Below, piece after piece: positions 46,679 through 58,233 of a DNA stretch of 64,000 bases. Positions within the stretch are counted from its first letter, which is position 1. Each line of letters opens with the position of its first letter. Both the position numbers and the translations under genes were made by a program. The stretch comes from Perkinsela sp. CCAP 1560/9 (Eukaryota; Protista; Euglenozoa: Kinetoplastea). The notes under the pieces are model-generated. The model saw nothing but the letters and a program-made list of their open reading frames with translations. It was not told the origin of the DNA and made no database searches. Where the stretch lies: positions 620,001 through 684,000 of the forward strand of contig CBFFSA010000010.1 of NCBI GenBank assembly GCA_965644495.1. The letters are read 5' to 3'.

Positions 46679-47139
46679 TACGGAAAAATGTGTATTAATT
46701 GCAGCGAATAACATGCCGTACGCAGTCTGCATTTTACACAGGCAGTCTGTATGTTACACAGTTATACAGTGTACATTACACTATTACAGTGTATATTGCA
46801 CAGATAACACAATTACATAACCAAAGGCAAACAAAAAATTGTGGCCTTTTTGTTGTGAAAAAAATCATGCCTTACTTAATATAGAATTATGAAAAACGGG
46901 GTCCTCGCTATCTTTCTTGCAAGTTGTCGTCTTTTCTGGGACTTGGTGTCCCTTGCAACTTGGTTTCCTTTCTGGGTTTTTGGGGATCCCAAATGGTCTG
47001 TAATGTGCGCATGCGCCATTGAAGGTAAGGTAAAGTATCCTAGGAAACATCTCTATTTCGTTAAAGGTTCAACACTGAGTACATTGGCCGTATGCTCTGT
47101 GGGACAAAGCTCATGTTCGGAATAAATGTCACAAGCTCC

Positions 47140-47250
47140 AAGGACAGGATACTACGCAAAAAAATGCCAAACGAAAGAATGTACATTGCGGAAAAATGTA
47201 TATTAATCGCAACGAATAACATGTGGTACACAGTCCGTATGTTACACAGA
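47140..47250 (-). pseudogene. 5' fragment of a further LRR paralog
   Basis: MYILSFGIFLRSILS and upstream sequence match about 46635-46760. Confidence 0.75.
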
Positions 47251-47402
47251 TAAAATGACAGATAAAACTTGTCAGAAACATCGCAGAAGTGCATAAATTT
47301 TATGCACTTCTTTTATTAAAACCGAATAATTGTTAAATAAAATCAACAACAAGAAACAAAGATGATCACTAATCAGAGCTCTACTTTCGAGAACAAACCC
47401 TT

Positions 47403-48251
47403 TTATTCGAACCTACCCCCAACTTTAACACGGCTCGACAATGGGGAAGGTAACAACAGGTTGCCCATATTTCTACGAATATTTACTTCAGTCAGCGAAT
47501 TGGGCAGTGTGTTCACGTAAAGCTCACCAGAAAAACAATTTGAATGGAGATTAAGTCTCGTCATTGATGTCGGAAGGCATCGCAGGTCAAGATCACCTAC
47601 AAGATTGTTCTGATGAAGCGACAAGATTTCCATTCCGTGTGGAAGCTTCGTCAAATCAATAGGCCCAGTAAAAGCGTTTTCTTGCAGGTACAAACTTCGC
47701 AAAGGCATCGGAAGGCACGTCAGCTCAATGGATCCCACAAAATTATTTTTCACAACAGAAAACACCTTTATAACAGGAGGTAATGAAGTTAAGTCTAGAA
47801 TCCCTGAAAAGTCTGTGCCTGCAGACCAAAGTTCGGTTAATTCGTTTGGAAGTTCTGTCGCATGAAATGGTCCAAAGAATCGGTTCTCTTGCATATTCAA
47901 ATATTCCAACATTGGCGGTAACACGCGCGTGGGGAGCTCTCCCGAGAGACGGTTGCTCGCTAGATTCACGTTTAAAACGGTCGAGGGTATGCACTCCCAG
48001 GTAAGATTTCCGAACATCTTCTCATATGACCAATCGATCTCTACAACCTCGGCTTGATCGCTACAAGTAACACCGTTCCAAGTGCAGACATCGTCACCCT
48101 CAGTAAATTTCAGACTTTCTATTTCAGCAACAAATCGGCGCATCAGCATGTGCTGTGGGAGAATAGCGCCGCGAACTTTACCACGCCGCGAACTGGTAGG
48201 GAGTTGAGTGTCACTCGATTTCACAGTCCCAGAGAGAGCGATGGAGAACAT
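47403..48251 (-). CDS. LRR-family protein (282 aa)
   Basis: SSRRGKVRGAILPQH, CTWNGVTC and LRRs. Confidence 0.93.
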   Translation of the reverse strand: MFSIALSGTVKSSDTQLPTSSRRGKVRGAILPQHMLMRRFVAEIESLKFTEGDDVCTWNGVTCSDQAEVVEIDWSYEKMFGNLTWECIPSTVLNVNLASNRLSGELPTRVLPPMLEYLNMQENRFFGPFHATELPNELTELWSAGTDFSGILDLTSLPPVIKVFSVVKNNFVGSIELTCLPMPLRSLYLQENAFTGPIDLTKLPHGMEILSLHQNNLVGDLDLRCLPTSMTRLNLHSNCFSGELYVNTLPNSLTEVNIRRNMGNLLLPSPLSSRVKVGGRFE

Positions 48252-48465
48252 ACAAACTTAATCTTCTAGGCAAAGAAATGCGTTCAACCTTTACATGAAG
48301 CCTTCGTCTCGCTTTTTCATTTGAGAAACTGCGGGTTTACACCCTTAAGGGACCTAAACACCAGTTCCCTCCTTTAGTTCCTATACATCACTCTTTTTAA
48401 AAGATGAAGCTTATTTTTCGTTACCATTTTACATTTCGTTATCCTTCAACGGGACAAACGTTTTT

Positions 48466-50775
48466 TTACACTATTAAGGGGGCTATTATCGCGTTCCAAT
48501 ATGGCTCCCATCTCTGGTTTTCATACTCACTCCAAAGTTGATCGCATAGCGTTCTGTAAGAGATGCCCGATGACACATTACATCTCGACCTGTCTTCCAG
48601 CATGATCTCACGTCGCCTCCATAATTTACGGAAAATATTCGCACGACGTTTCACCCAGTAGAACGCGAGAGAAATCAAAATCCGTGGCTTGTTCCCGATG
48701 AAAGCTTTTTCTTTATTCCACGGGTTTTGCTGTTCTAAAGCTGCTAACTCTACCGAATATCGTGCTGTGTTTTTCGCCCCTTGATGATTATTTACGTCCT
48801 TACTTTGCATCAGACAACTTTGCATAACGTCGGCCATTTGGTGCGCATTTTGAATACGCCATCCTCCAAAGCATTCGATGGGGTTTTCTGTTTTTCGTTT
48901 TTCTTTTAAAGAATTCTGATCTTCTTTGTCACACTTTAATGAATTCTTACTATGTTTTTCACTTTTTTTCAAATTCAAATCGATACCCTTTGATGCTCTC
49001 GCTGGCATACGCTCCGCTAGGGCGGGGTAATCCAGCGCAATCGCAGGAACCCCACAGCCCCATAAATCTAAAATTTTCATCGGGAAATCCATTTCGCTGG
49101 TACTGCGATGCACGCAGATGCCCACATCGGCACTGCCCACCGCTTGGGCGTACGTTTCATAGTTTGTGAAATAAGTCGGATAAAGATGAGGCCACAGGGA
49201 GGGATACTCTTTTTCTACAGTTTCTAAAAAACAGTTTTTAGTCGGGCCTTCCCCGGTAAGGATGACACACCAGGAAACTACGGAATTCGTCTCTTCTTCT
49301 CCGTGTCTCGAGAGCGTTGAGTTTTTTCTCGATAACAAACGACATTGGAGCTCGTAAAGTGCAGAGAGCAGAAGACGCCAGTCGTCGTCCACACCCCAAC
49401 TGCAGTTCATTATGAAAATAAACGGGAAAAAGTTTGTTTTCTTCCTTTTAGAAAGCGCGGCTTCCGGGAGATAATCTCTCCAAAACGTTTGTTTCTCCTG
49501 CGCATCGGTTCTGCGTGTGAAACACACACTTTTGGGCGCGTAGTCTCGGAACACAACCATGCGAGGCGGCGTAAGTTTATCCCCTTCTCGTTCTCTTGTT
49601 TTCACGAACTGTTCCTGTAAATGTGCAGCCAATGCCTCGCTGACACATACATTCACGTCACCATAACCCCAGCGGTATTCGAAATGTCGAAAGATTCTAT
49701 AAAGCATACGCGGCGGATTTCTTTGATATAAAATACTGTGGCTTAGATTATGCCAGTCCACAAGCAAAACCGCTTTTGTGGCCCAGGCGTGAATTTGCAA
49801 CAAGGGAAGAAAAGGGAAAAACGGGGGATTTTGTATGACATAGTAGCGAACCGGATACCGCCTGGATCTTGCAAGGTCCCACCAAATGGTTTTACAAAAC
49901 CACACGGTTGTGTAGGTCCAGCGCGTAACAAAAACAAGTCCCGTGATCACACCCAGAAGAAGTCCTAGAAAAACACGCACAGGTGTGAAAATAAATCTTG
50001 CGGTCAAAGTCGAGGATCGTGCGAAACGGTTTGATAGGCTCAACGCGCAACTGAAAAGGCGAGAAAGATTGCCTGGCGAAAGGAAAATGCTTTGCAGAGG
50101 TCGAAACATCTTAAATTTGTAAGGTTTCAGATGCATACAAATGCGGTTTTGCTCTATCAAATCACGTATGGCACGACACGGGGGATGTGGACTGTCATAG
50201 GCAATCACATGTACCAAACCGGGAGAAGAAACATTCGCAAAACTTTGCATCCTCCAAGCAGATTCGTCAGATTTATGTACAGATTTCAATGAGCAGGAAT
50301 CCAAGGGGCCTGACATTTCCTTGTTTAAGAATTCAGTTGTGGGTACATATGTACAAGGGGAAGCCGAATTCGTTTTTTTTAGCAAATGTTCAGCTAGAGA
50401 TAGGGTGTGGTATTGCATTCGAGGAGATCGTGAAAAAGGACCGCCTACAACAACAGCAACATCGAAATATTCACAATCATTCGTTCCGCTACACTGGGAT
50501 ATGCTCTCCGTAAAATGGCGTTCAGAAAACTTCGTTCGGGTAATCGTTGGTTTCCTTCTGTATTTTCGATATATGATCCAAGAGAAACACAAAAATATGG
50601 CAGCAAACAATCTGAAGAATATGTGGATCCAAACACAGCTGTCTTCCGCGTACGTATCAAAGAAGATATCAAGAAAATTGACATCTCGTGGGTGTTGCGC
50701 TAGTGATAAAATATTCGAAGATGTCAAGAGCGACAGGAGGTGTGGCGGAGAAAAGAAAGTCACCAAAAAGCTCAT
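48466..50775 (-). CDS. ALG1: Beta-1,4-mannosyltransferase (GT33), divergent
   Basis: RSPRMQYHTLSLA, QNPP, DWHN, ADVGICVHRSTSEMDFPMKILDLWGCGVP; N-terminal transmembrane segment. Confidence 0.9.
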   Translation of the reverse strand: MSFLVTFFSPPHLLSLLTSSNILSLAQHPRDVNFLDIFFDTYAEDSCVWIHIFFRLFAAIFLCFSWIIYRKYRRKPTITRTKFSERHFTESISQCSGTNDCEYFDVAVVVGGPFSRSPRMQYHTLSLAEHLLKKTNSASPCTYVPTTEFLNKEMSGPLDSCSLKSVHKSDESAWRMQSFANVSSPGLVHVIAYDSPHPPCRAIRDLIEQNRICMHLKPYKFKMFRPLQSIFLSPGNLSRLFSCALSLSNRFARSSTLTARFIFTPVRVFLGLLLGVITGLVFVTRWTYTTVWFCKTIWWDLARSRRYPVRYYVIQNPPFFPFLPLLQIHAWATKAVLLVDWHNLSHSILYQRNPPRMLYRIFRHFEYRWGYGDVNVCVSEALAAHLQEQFVKTREREGDKLTPPRMVVFRDYAPKSVCFTRRTDAQEKQTFWRDYLPEAALSKRKKTNFFPFIFIMNCSWGVDDDWRLLLSALYELQCRLLSRKNSTLSRHGEEETNSVVSWCVILTGEGPTKNCFLETVEKEYPSLWPHLYPTYFTNYETYAQAVGSADVGICVHRSTSEMDFPMKILDLWGCGVPAIALDYPALAERMPARASKGIDLNLKKSEKHSKNSLKCDKEDQNSLKEKRKTENPIECFGGWRIQNAHQMADVMQSCLMQSKDVNNHQGAKNTARYSVELAALEQQNPWNKEKAFIGNKPRILISLAFYWVKRRANIFRKLWRRREIMLEDRSRCNVSSGISYRTLCDQLWSEYENQRWEPYWNAIIAPLIV

Positions 50776-51060
50776 TGAGCAACCTTTTTACGCAATCAAA
50801 ATAATATTCAACTACTCAATGCTAGCTGTACAATGCTGACGTATTCCTCCTTTTCCGTCGTTTTTCATACAATTTGTAAAAAGTGTTATAAAAAACACAA
50901 ACATTCTATTTTATAAAAATAGTAATATATTTATATTATCGTATTTATAAAATAGACAAAAAACAATGGCTAATGTCGTAAACTAGGTCGTCTCTAATCG
51001 AGAAAAAAATAATTTTTTTTTCCTGTGAAAATATGGCAATTTTTTGTTTTTCCCCATTTT

Positions 51061-52174
51061 ATGTCTCAAAAGCCAGTTCGCTCAAGGACTTCCCGTGGTG
51101 TTTTGAGCGCACGCTCCTATGCCTCACCAGGGAAGATTAAGGAAAGTCACAGGATGCTTTTTGTGGCGGACTTTGAGAAAACAGAGTCTTATTCCCGGAC
51201 TGCCCAAAATTTTGGTGTCCACGAGGGAACTGCGAAACTCTGGGTGGAAAGATTTAATTGCACTGACGACGTGGCCAGTCCATCCCCTACGCGTCAACCT
51301 AGGGTCACCACCTCTGATCTTATGAAAGTATCTTTAAAGCTTATTGATGACGCTTATCGTGACCTCCCTTATGGTATCTCCACTTGGAGCGAGCTCTGGA
51401 GAGAGGTAAAGCGACGTGGCTTCACATGTTCAATAACATCCCTAAGGAACATGTTGAAAAACTCAAAAGAAAAAATTGTGCTCAGAACAGCTTTAAAGAC
51501 CCCTTTCTTATCTAATAATCATAAGGAGCGCAGAGTGTAATTTGCCACTGAAATGCTACAGTGGAGCGACGCTGCGCTGGAAAATATTATTTTCTGCGAC
51601 GAAAAAAAATTTACGTGCAAAAGATCCGCCCGACCCACGTACCTTTGCCGAAAATCTGACCCCCCCAAAGAACAAACAGGGGAATTAGAACCCTATCATG
51701 GTGGAGAAGGTATTATGGTTTGGATGGGGGTGAGCTTAAAGCATGGGTTTCATTTACACGTCTTTCCTACCCATGATTCTCAAGGAAACAAAGTAACTGT
51801 AAAGGGACAAAATTTTTATGAAGCCATGAAAAAAAGGGGGGGTCTGTTCCAATATTTAAGGAGACATCGGGCCACAATAGTGATGGACAATTGCCCGGCA
51901 CATAATAAGGCTCGTGCCGCGGCCCAAGAAAAGGGTTATTCTTGGCTCCGATGGCCAGCACGATCCCCTGATCTAAACCCCATAGAAAATCTTTGGTCAA
52001 TAATGGACGGGACAAAGGACTAAATTCAACCCAAAAATCAACAACAATTACTTTCCGCAATTCATGATTCCTATGATAAACTTAATATCTATCTAATTTT
52101 GAGAATACGCTAAAAAGCTTCAGAAAGCGTTGTAGAATCATTGTAGAAAAGAACGGCGCACATTGCGGATACTA
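51061..52174 (+). pseudogene. Tc1/IS630-family transposase with two in-frame TAA and a late frameshift
   Basis: HTH region; IIFCDEKKF; MVWMG; MDNCPAH; WPARSPDLNPIENLW; C-terminal NGAHCGY*. Confidence 0.92.
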
Positions 52175-52331
52175 ACAGGGGTTACTAACAATCTTCTTGG
52201 GGGGGAAAACGTTATTTTTTAATTTTTTTGTATCATTTTTCAAGTGACAATTCGAGTTTTTGACCTATTCGGCATTTGTAGTTCCACTTTGATATGTTAA
52301 AAGCTACCAGTACGAAGACATACAACTCCGC

Positions 52332-52525
52332 GAGAGTTCTCGAATGCGCTATTATTTTACAAAATTGAAAAGTTTTTACAAATTTTAGACCCCGCCAGAT
52401 GAAAGTTTTCACCCCTGTATGTTGAAATAAATTGCGCGACAGCATCATACCTTCCAAGAGCTCTCGAATGCGCTATTACTTTCCAAAATTGGTCAAATAT
52501 TACAATTTTTAGACCCCCCCAGAAA
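52332..52525. repeat. Two direct repeats at about 125-bp spacing; related inverted copy at about 58092-58170
   Basis: GAGYTCTCGAATGCGCTATTA...TTTTAGACCCC occurs twice. Confidence 0.65.
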
Positions 52526-53914
52526 CATCACGCCCCCATGTATGAAGACAAGGCACCAGTTTTTTTTTAATTCATGCTGCTGCAAAGCCAATTTGTGGGT
52601 CATTCATACGTTGTGATTCCGGGAACATACCTCTCCTTCTGTTCCGGGAACACAGGGAGCACCGCTCCGGGAGGAGAGAGACACGGATATTTTATAAACT
52701 GCAGACTAACATTTCTAACTGTAAACTAGAGATTTCTCGCCTACCTAGCGATTTACATACCCTGGACTCAGCTCCAAGTAAACTGAGCATCATTAAACAC
52801 AACTAAACATTTTTCTCTTTCATTTACAAGTACAATTATGTTTCGTATGTATATTATATTGTGTACCTGGTTGGGTATCACAATGCATGTATCGGCTCTC
52901 CACGTGAATAAGAAGTATATAATGAAGTGAATAAGAAGCAATTCTGATTAAAATGAGCTAGAAATCCTTTTACTGCTTCCTTTTTTCAATATGCAACGCC
53001 GCCAGATTGCAAAGCGGGTTCGATCCTCCATGCCAAACGATTCCTCGCAACACGTCGATCCCGAGAGTAACCCGCCTTCTATGAGTCAGAGATTGACTCC
53101 AAGACGTCAGAACGGGGCAGAAGAGCGAAGAGAAATTTCAGGCGCAGTGGAAAGGAGTATTGTAGGTTCATACAGCCAAGCGGCTGTAACTGCTTCGCAA
53201 TTAAAAACACCACGAAAACCAACTTCATATCGCCGTCGCTCCGGAAATGTGGCCGACACTTTGCGGGACGGCGGCCTGTAATCAGCGTCATGTGCGTCGG
53301 TGCCCAATCCCTTGTTTTACTTCCTGTGTACCACAAACGGAAAAAAGCATTTAGCGGACAGGAAATGGCGCAACATCTCATGACGATGCTTAAGGGTGGT
53401 CTAGGCGCAAAAACTAAGAGACGATTTCGTAGGCGTATGTGCTGTCAACCATGTCGCGCGTGCTTCTACGAAACAGGAATAATGATAAATTTATGATGAT
53501 AAATTTATGTCTAGTATAAGATATTCTATATTCACAGAATCACAGGAATGTTGCCCTCCATCCCACCCGGCCGAAGCGTACCACACAAGAGAAAAGGCCC
53601 AATCGTGAGTACAAAAATGTTTTATACCATTTTATGCCTTATCCTTTTATGAAAGCCGGCCAATATAAATTTATGATCACCATTAGCAAATTACTCCAAA
53701 TACATAGTACGATATGTAGTAGATATGACTTGCACATGTTTGGATATATCACTATTCAAATATTCTTGATAAAAAAATGAAAAATGTTTTTAGTAACAAA
53801 GCATAAATGAATCTTATTAATACCATAAATTAATCTTATTCTTGATTTACTACATCACTTCCTTCTTTATGATCACCGAGAATTAGGTAAATAATCGTAT
53901 GCCATGAAATCTAT

Positions 53915-54170
53915 CTAAAACAGTGGTGCATAAGGAAAAAGACGTTCTTCATCCTCTGAAGATATTCGCGTGCCCTTAACGCCTATTTCTACCAAACCCT
54001 TTGGAAAGCTGGAAACGTCGAATTCAATGTTAAGGTCAGAGTTGCCTTCTATAGAAAGACTCCGAAGCGATTCTGGAAAATTCTCTAAACATATAACACC
54101 CGTGAAATTGTTATCCTGGCAATCTAGATGCTCGAGTAGCGGGGGCAGATTATGCAAATTGAGCGGTCCT
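53915..54170 (-). pseudogene. 3' fragment of an LRR gene
   Basis: LPPLLEHLDCQDNNFTG and FPESLRSLSIEGN; 5' part replaced by transposon sequence. Confidence 0.8.
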
Positions 54171-54384
54171 GTTGCACCTGCCAATTTTGGCCTATGCGGC
54201 CTTTTTGGCTAATTTTTGTTGCATTTTGCAGATCTCAGTGTTAATATCGTGTTGAAACCAACACCTGTTCAATTTTCCGAAACCAATAATTTTGGTACAA
54301 AAAATACGAAAAATTCATCCCCAAAAAATGCAAAAATACAAGAAAAAGTCCCTCTTTTGTCTGTTTGATCTGATTTTTGTCGAA

Positions 54385-54706
54385 AATGGGGAAAAGATGC
54401 CGTCTAAATCGTCGCCAGCTTTCGCCGGAGCAAACATCTTATGCCACTAGGGTGGTTTGCGCTCATGAGGTGGATCAAGGGGCCTCTTTGCGCGAGACAG
54501 CTCAAATGATGAACTGTTCACACACTTCTGTATCGCGCTACATTAAGCGTTTTGAAGAAACGGGTGATGTAGAGCGAAAGAAGTACACACGCGAAAACAC
54601 CTGTGATACTGACGAGTTTCGACAGATGCTTGCTGGAAAAAACAGCAATAAACAGCCTCCCAACTCGATTACAAGAGCTGCGGGACAAAAATGGTGGCTC
54701 CATTGA
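54385..54706 (+). pseudogene. N-terminal HTH fragment of a Tc1-like transposase
   Basis: GASLRETAQMMNCSHTSVSRYIKRFEETGDVERK. Confidence 0.75.
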
Positions 54707-54854
54707 CTACTGAATGTTAAATATGATATTTTTTGGTAGCCAAACGGATTTGCAAAAACAATAAAATTCTTGTTTTCGGAGCCCAAAAAATCACCCTACC
54801 CCGTCTACTCTTGTACTCAGAATGGTTTTAACACGATATTAACACTGAGAGCTT

Positions 54855-55581
54855 TAGGCTCTTCGTTAAACGCGGTGGTTGTTTTCAACTTAGAAGCCCC
54901 TCATGCTGCGAGCTTCGCGTTGAAAAATCCCGCCGCGTTTAACGAAAAGCCTAAAAAATAAAATTTGGCTTCGAAAGTAGAAATTGGAAGGATTGGAGCC
55001 ACAAATAGCCGATTTTGGGGTAAAATTCGGGTGCTTTTTGGGTATTTTTGCTCTCAGAGCACTAAATCCGACATTTGCGTGTGGGAAATCACTCGTAGGC
55101 ATGCATGAAAGCCTACCAAACGTATTGGGTAGAGAATGCGACTCCAACCACACCATTCTTTCGACACAAAAAGGCCCCTTGTGGTCCGAAAAATACTTTT
55201 TTGCCATTTTTTTCGCCAAGTTGAAATTATTTTCAAATAAAAAATTCCGAAAAAATCCGAACTTGGCGGACCCGTCCTGCGGATACGCGGGGCGGTCACC
55301 CCCGGGTAGGGGGGGTGGAAAATGCGCGCCAAGACCCCGGCTACCCCTTCTGCGGGTTTGTTTCTAAAAATATTTTTTTTTCAAAAAAAAATCGTGCGGT
55401 ATGCCCCCCCCTAGACCCCCCATTTTTTTCAATCTTTTTTTCAATTTTGAACCACCGGAGCCCCCTTTTGTATATGGTTTTCTTCTATTATATTACTGTG
55501 TTCCTCTATATATTTTCACTGTTTTTGTTCACTTTTTTTTCAATAATCAAGGGTAGAGCGGTAGTTCTACAACCACCGCAA
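54855..55581 (+). mobile_element. HINE-like element
   Basis: Foldback at 54855-54953; distal hairpin GCGGTAGTT-CTAC-AACCACCGC at 55558-55579; inverse of 33198-34331 with deletions. Confidence 0.7.
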
Positions 55582-56794
55582 TTAAAGCATATGAGCATAA
55601 ATTGCCTCGTGCAATCAATTTACTTTCAAGCTTGAAGTATAGCAAATATGAAAAAGGTACCTAAAGAAAGAAAATGGTACACTGGTCGTCACTATTCTCA
55701 GAATCCGTAATTGAACATTGACAGGATTTTTTTATTTTCATTCTCATTTTCGCGACTATTCTCATTTTCGCGTTTATTTTGCAGTTGAACGTTGACAAGG
55801 AATAGAAAAGAAGTAGAAAAAACAATTTTGGGCCACCTGCACTCATACTGTACCCAAAAATACGCTTTTTCAAAACAAATGCTCCCTTCGACCAAATTTC
55901 CATTTAAAGTCGTTTTGAGCACTATAATTTATATACAACAATAATTCCCGAAAAAATGTATATAAAACAATAATTCCCGAAATTTGAAAGATTGTAACCC
56001 ATATAAAGTCACTAGAAAAAAATTTAGAATTACATGTACGATAGCGCCACAAGATCACGGGTAAACTCGTAACTGGGCGATTTTCATCAACTCCAAGTTC
56101 CTTCATTAAAACAAAATACACACCCATGTACACAGCTGGAAGAACAATCACTAACTACTCGATCCAAGCTCATCTCAAGGACTAAAGGTAGCCCCCCACT
56201 AAGGTACCCCCCAGGAAGACTACCCCCAGGAAGAGAGATTTGGCCCTTCCAGCATGTTCGCTCAAAAGTGAAAACCATAATGCCTAGACGCTGAAATTTC
56301 GAAGGTCATCACCCTCACCACTGCAGTAGCTGAATTTTTATGCGGGTGTTTCCTTTTCGAGGCCCAGATTGCACAACAGGGTCCCTTTTGATCCATTCTC
56401 ATTCTCATTTTCAAGGCCCTTTTTGAGTTGAACGTTGACACGATAATTTGTCATTCTTGAGAGGGCCATGGTTGCCTCCCCCGACACCAACACCCCCGGG
56501 TTGCCACCCGACACCAACATGATAAGGTGCTAAAGAACTAGGATGAGTGCAATCCCGTATCCTTTTTTGCGTGCGTTTGCGCAGGTTCGCCCGCTATGAA
56601 AATGACAAGATACTAAATAACTAGGGTAAAGCCAGTGAAATTCGGATCCAACTGGTTAGCTGCGATGCGCTTTAAGGAAACTCGAGTATACCTCGCGCCT
56701 CGATTGTTGTGCCTAAAATCAGGTATTTTCGCTCAAAAAGTGGATTATACATGATTTATGATTATTCATGATCTTTTGCCCGATTATTATCTTT

Positions 56795-56876
56795 TAGTCT
56801 TTTCGTTAAACGCGGAGTTAGTTTTCCATGCGAAGCGCGCAGCAGCAGTGCAACAGTTGAAAACAACAAGGGACTA
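56795..56876. repeat. Partially deleted foldback copy
   Basis: TAGTCTTTTCGTTAAACGCGG...GCGAAGCGCGCAGCA...GTTGAAAACAAC...GACTA. Confidence 0.75.
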
Positions 56877-57164
56877 AAACAATTATTCTTTTGAATTAAC
56901 TTTTAAATGTCCATTGTCCATTGTACAAAGTATGCATATCATACAAAAGAAATGCGGCACACGGTATATCTCACCGGTTTTAAAAAGGTTAAACTAATTG
57001 TCCATGAAATGCCGCGAGAAAGCATCGATTGTTTCATAAAAAGACTTGGAGACGATGATGCTAAAAGTAATCACTCTCAGGAATTATCAACCTCTCTTTT
57101 GAAAGCAATATTTTGTCAAGAAATTGGATTAAAAACTTCTCTTCGGACGTATGGAAATTGCAAC

Positions 57165-58016
57165 TTAAAGTTTGACAAACTTTGGATGAAAACAGGATTG
57201 CACATCCAAAGAATATTTATTTCTGCTCAAATCCAAAGTACGCATTGATGAAGGCAATGTATCAAACCATATTTTGCCCGCAAATGCGTTACTCCCAAGA
57301 GACAGCGCACGCATTGAATGCGGAAGCTTGCGAAACTCCAACTCACCATCAAGTTTATTGTCGGATATGTATAAAATTTCAAGTTGTTTCGGAAGACATG
57401 TCAAATCCACGCTCCCTACGAATTGATTCCCTTGAAGATAGAGCTTGCGTAGCCCTCCCGGCAACAACGTCAAATCCAACGTTCCTGAAAAACAGTTACT
57501 GGGCAAAGAAAACACTTTCAACGAAGAAGGGAGTGACGTGAGATCAAGCACACCGGAAAACTTTGTATTTGATGACCAAAGCTCTTCAAAAACATGAGGT
57601 AAGGAGCCGGCTTCAAAGGATCCATGAAACGGGTTGTATTGGAGGTTTAAATATGTGAGTTTAGGGGGAAGTGCAGAAACCGGAACAGTTCCACTAAGTT
57701 CATTATCTCCTACGCGAACATTGCACACAGTGTGGGGTAGGCTACCCCAGCTAAGGTTACCCTTCAGCGCTTTGGCCGACCAATCGATGCCAGAAACTTC
57801 ATGGTCGGAAGTACATGTGACACCGGTCCATAAGCATGCCTCTGTTTTATTGCTGGTAATTACTGACTTCTTCTCCAGATTCTCAATAAATTGAGCCATT
57901 TGTATGTCTTGTGAGAGAATGGCTCCGCGCACTTTACCCAGACGGGTTCGAGTATGGGTTGAATCTGCAAGTGCAGCTCTTCGGATGCTTAGAGATTGAT
58001 GTTTAGACATTGACAT
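57165..58016 (-). CDS. LRR-family protein, about 283 aa
   Basis: RLGKVRGAILSQD, CLWTGVTC and LRRs; the upstream ORF extension overlaps a dispersed repeat. Confidence 0.92.
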   Translation of the reverse strand: MSMSKHQSLSIRRAALADSTHTRTRLGKVRGAILSQDIQMAQFIENLEKKSVITSNKTEACLWTGVTCTSDHEVSGIDWSAKALKGNLSWGSLPHTVCNVRVGDNELSGTVPVSALPPKLTYLNLQYNPFHGSFEAGSLPHVFEELWSSNTKFSGVLDLTSLPSSLKVFSLPSNCFSGTLDLTLLPGGLRKLYLQGNQFVGSVDLTCLPKQLEILYISDNKLDGELEFRKLPHSMRALSLGSNAFAGKIWFDTLPSSMRTLDLSRNKYSLDVQSCFHPKFVKL

Positions 58017-58233
58017 GAAATAAATAAGATCATTTGAACGTGCGGTATAATGTACATCTGTGATAGATACAGGGGGTGGCACGAAAATAATGGGGTCTAA
58101 ATTTTCTATTTTGGTCGTAAAACTTAACCAAATCCATACATGGTTAATAATAGCGCATTGAAGAGCTCTCACAGAGTTATGGGTCACCTCAACATGCATT
58201 TACCCTCCATTCCTCCATCCGCACCACACTTTT

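Noticed and set aside
47286-47310. 12-bp perfect hairpin as a terminator (similar palindromes at 16531 and 43213)
   Set aside because: Intrinsic terminators do not apply in this eukaryotic context and no function can be assigned.
1311-52023. Stop-codon reassignment (Blastocrithidia-like code) suggested by several in-frame TAA/TAG
   Set aside because: The stops align to different residues (Leu, Tyr, Gln, Glu/Lys), each one substitution away, and long Glu-rich ORFs (817 and 1346 aa) contain none.
52991-53496. Short plus-strand ORFs here and at 63184-63592
   Set aside because: No recognisable homology; they may be decayed sequence but cannot be supported as genes.
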